A stretch of DNA of 24,000 bases from Erysipelotrichaceae bacterium HCN-30851. Its GTDB lineage: Bacteria; Bacillota_I; Bacilli_A; Erysipelotrichales; Erysipelotrichaceae. The stretch is taken from the NCBI GenBank assembly GCA_037892765.1, contig JBBKBW010000025.1. One strand, 5' to 3'. This document shows, piece after piece, positions 21,779-24,000 of this stretch; position 1 is the stretch's first letter; each line of letters starts with the position of its first letter. The notes under the pieces are model-generated. The model was not told where the DNA came from. It ran no database searches and worked only from the letters and a program-made list of their open reading frames with translations. A program made the translations under genes and the position numbers.

Positions 21779-23116
21779 ATGGAAAATAGACTGTTTTCAA
21801 ATCAGACATTAAAGAGAATGATTTTTCCTTTATTTATGGAACAATTATTATTAATGTTTGTAGGTTTAGCAGATACATATGTAGTAAGTTTTGTAGGAGA
21901 AGCTGCAGTATCAGGTGTTTCATTAGTTAACTCTTTCAATACAATTTTTATCTTTCTATTTACAGCTCTTGCTTCAGGTGGAGCTGTTGTAGTTAGCCAA
22001 TATATAGGTAGAAAAAGACTACAAGAAGCAAGCGAATCAATAAGTCAATTATTGATGATATCAGTTATATTTTCATTATTAGTTTCTGTTTTAATACTTC
22101 CTTTTAGTGAACAGATTTTACAGCTTATATTTGGAAAAGTGGAACCAGCAGTAATGGATGCCTGTCTTACGTATCTTTGTATTTCAGTTTATTCTTATCC
22201 AGCTCTTGCGATATATAATGCTGGTGCTGCCTTATATCGAAGTATTGGAAAAACAGATACAACAATGATAATTTCCATTATCACAAATGTAATTAACGTT
22301 ATTGGAAATTTAATAGGTGTGTTTATTTTGCATGCTGGAGTTGCAGGTGTAGCTTATCCATCTTTATTGTCTAGAGTATTCTCCGCTTTAGTTATTACGA
22401 TTCTTTGTTTTAAGGAAGATGAAGGAATATGTTATAAGAAAGCCTTTATCTTTAAATGGAATACAGGTCTATTAAATAAAATACTTAAAATAGCTGTACC
22501 TAATGGATTGGAAAGTGGTATTTTTCAGTTCGTTAAGGTTGCTTTAAGCAGTGTTGTGGCATTATTTGGAACATATCAGATTGCCGCAAATGGTATTGCG
22601 CAAAGTATTTGGAGTATTGCTTCTTTGATCAGTGTCGCAATGGGACCTGTATATATTACTGTAATTGGACAATGTATAGGTTCAGAGGATGTAAAACAGG
22701 CGGAATATTACTTTAAAAAACTTACACTGATAACGATTGGTCTATCTGTGATATGGAATGCACTTATATTTGCGATTACACCATTAATTACTCAATTTTA
22801 CGCAATTAGCGAAGAAACTAGACAGCTTGTGATTATGTTGGTATTAGTTCATAACATCTTTAGTGCTTTTGCCTTTCCGTTAGCTGATCCTTTAGGAAAA
22901 GGATTACGTGCTACAGGAGATGTTATCTTTAGTACTATAATTTCACTGATTACAACACTAGGTGTACGTTTAGTATTTTCAATTTTATTTGGAATAGTAT
23001 TAAACTTAGGAGTTATGGGAATTGCATATGCTATGTGTCTAGATTGGACAATTCGAGGAATTATTTTCTGGATTCGTTTTAAATCAGGGACATGGAAGAA
23101 ATTCCGTTTAATATAA
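21779..23116 (+). CDS. MATE-family efflux transporter
   Basis: 445 aa with about 12 TM helices. The N-terminus LKRMIFPLFMEQLLLMFVGLADTYVVSFVGEAAVSGVSL is typical of MATE/NorM-like proteins. SD GGAG is present. Confidence 0.9.
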   Translation: MENRLFSNQTLKRMIFPLFMEQLLLMFVGLADTYVVSFVGEAAVSGVSLVNSFNTIFIFLFTALASGGAVVVSQYIGRKRLQEASESISQLLMISVIFSLLVSVLILPFSEQILQLIFGKVEPAVMDACLTYLCISVYSYPALAIYNAGAALYRSIGKTDTTMIISIITNVINVIGNLIGVFILHAGVAGVAYPSLLSRVFSALVITILCFKEDEGICYKKAFIFKWNTGLLNKILKIAVPNGLESGIFQFVKVALSSVVALFGTYQIAANGIAQSIWSIASLISVAMGPVYITVIGQCIGSEDVKQAEYYFKKLTLITIGLSVIWNALIFAITPLITQFYAISEETRQLVIMLVLVHNIFSAFAFPLADPLGKGLRATGDVIFSTIISLITTLGVRLVFSILFGIVLNLGVMGIAYAMCLDWTIRGIIFWIRFKSGTWKKFRLI

Positions 23117-23129
23117 AAGGAGCTAATGT

Positions 23130-23816
23130 ATGAAAGGTATTAACTTAACAGACCCAGAGTTTGCGAGTAGATTAGATTATTTTTTAAATGAAGTGAAAGA
23201 AAATGAAAATCAGAAATTAGACGAAGAGACAAGAACATTAGCAATCTTATCTGTATTAGTTGCGACTCAATCTATTGATTTATATAAAGTAAAACTGGAC
23301 GAGGTACTACATGCAGGTTATTCTCCAGTAGTAGTGAAGGAAATGGTATATCAGGCAGTTGACTATTTAGGATTAGGAAAAGTATATCCATTTATTCTTG
23401 CGACTAATGAAGTAATGAAGGAAAATGGAATTACATTACCATTAGAAAGTCAACAAACTACCACAATTGAAAATCGTTTAGAAAAAGGTATTGCCGCTCA
23501 AGTAGAAATCTTTGGAAGTCATATGCAGGAAGCATGGAAAAATGGAGATATCAATTACTGGCTAGCATCAAACTGTTTTGGAGATTATTATACAAGAACA
23601 GGATTAGATTTAAGACAAAGAGAATTGATTACCTTCTGCTTCTTAATGGCACAAGGTGGCTGTGAACCACAGTTAGTCGCTCATGCATCAGGAAATATCA
23701 ATATGGGCAATGATGCAGTATTCTTGAAGAAAGTAGTTGCACAGTGTCTACCATATATAGGTTATCCAAGAAGTTTAAACGCAATTAATTGTGTTGAGCA
23801 GGCAGATACTAAATAA
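23130..23816 (+). CDS. Carboxymuconolactone decarboxylase (CMD/AhpD-like) family protein
   Basis: 228 aa. A duplicated CMD-like helical pattern: LDEETRTLAILSVLVATQ and LDLRQRELITFCFLMAQGGCEPQLVAHASGNINMG..........YIGYPRSLNA. The call is by resemblance. Confidence 0.7.
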   Translation: MKGINLTDPEFASRLDYFLNEVKENENQKLDEETRTLAILSVLVATQSIDLYKVKLDEVLHAGYSPVVVKEMVYQAVDYLGLGKVYPFILATNEVMKENGITLPLESQQTTTIENRLEKGIAAQVEIFGSHMQEAWKNGDINYWLASNCFGDYYTRTGLDLRQRELITFCFLMAQGGCEPQLVAHASGNINMGNDAVFLKKVVAQCLPYIGYPRSLNAINCVEQADTK

Positions 23817-23931
23817 TGATATTATCATAAAATGATGAAAATAATCTTTCTTAGAATAAATTAACCACAAAAATAGATAAATTTATATTGCATAGTTGTA
23901 TAATATAGTATAAGGAAGAAAGTGAGGAATC

Positions 23932-24000
23932 ATGATGAAAGCATTATTGGTAAATGGAAGTCCAAGACCAAATGGTTGTACGTATACAGCTTTATGTGAA
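23932..24000 (+). CDS. Flavodoxin-like NAD(P)H-dependent FMN reductase / iron-sulfur flavoprotein family, first 23 codons only
   Basis: My translation is MMKALLVNGSPRPNGCTYTALCE. The K.L...GSPR..G.T opening is characteristic of NADPH-dependent FMN reductase-type flavoproteins. SD GTGAGGA is upstream. The gene runs off the right edge. Confidence 0.5.
   Translation, partial: MMKALLVNGSPRPNGCTYTALCE

Noticed and set aside
23817-23931. Palindrome ATGATATTATCAT after the CMD gene as a terminator
   Set aside because: The arms abut with essentially no loop, and there is no GC content or T tract. It is not a credible intrinsic terminator.
1-24000. CRISPR arrays, tRNA/rRNA genes, IS elements, integrases and prophage genes
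   Set aside because: I saw no spaced direct-repeat array, no cloverleaf-like or rRNA-like conserved stretches, and no transposase- or recombinase-like ORF in any of the six frames. The non-coding gaps are accounted for by promoters, terminators and the elements listed above.

Overview
24-kb low-GC, Firmicutes-type chromosomal segment. Gene content suggests an Erysipelotrichia/Bacilli-like gut bacterium, but the taxon cannot be fixed from the window alone. I can support 21 protein-coding genes. I found no rRNA, tRNA, CRISPR array, transposase or integrase. Layout from left to right: (1) a partial YitT membrane protein (-). (2) A PTS/peptidase locus (+) split into four transcription units: a LicR/MtlR-type PRD regulator plus an RDD membrane protein, a lactose/cellobiose-family EIIC, a 174-aa GrdB-N-terminal-like protein, and two M42 metallopeptidases. 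(3) A unit (-) encoding a 43-aa single-TM small ORF behind a roughly 180-nt highly structured leader. (4) A SEDS (FtsW/RodA) gene (-). (5) A tightly packed housekeeping operon mutS-mutL-miaA-tcdA-nitroreductase (+). (6) An accessory-looking islet in which a DUF4143-type ATPase-nuclease overlaps an orphan ribokinase (+), convergent with a second, unrelated ATPase/PD-(D/E)XK gene (-). (7) A cupin-MATE-CMD-flavoprotein cluster (+). The most notable signals are these. An 18-bp dyad, TTTCCTA-N4-TAGGAAA, occurs three times perfectly and once degenerately, each time in a promoter region of the PTS/peptidase locus at a fixed distance from a -10-like element. That ties an orphan EIIC and two M42 peptidases to the LicR-like regulator as one candidate regulon of unknown substrate, with a related core dyad 15 kb away in front of the cupin gene. 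The GrdB-like gene sits inside this locus but carries no dyad. The small ORF with its three-way-junction leader is unannotated. The islet pairs two ATPase-nuclease fusions. Family assignments come from motif recognition by eye and memory, not from database searches.
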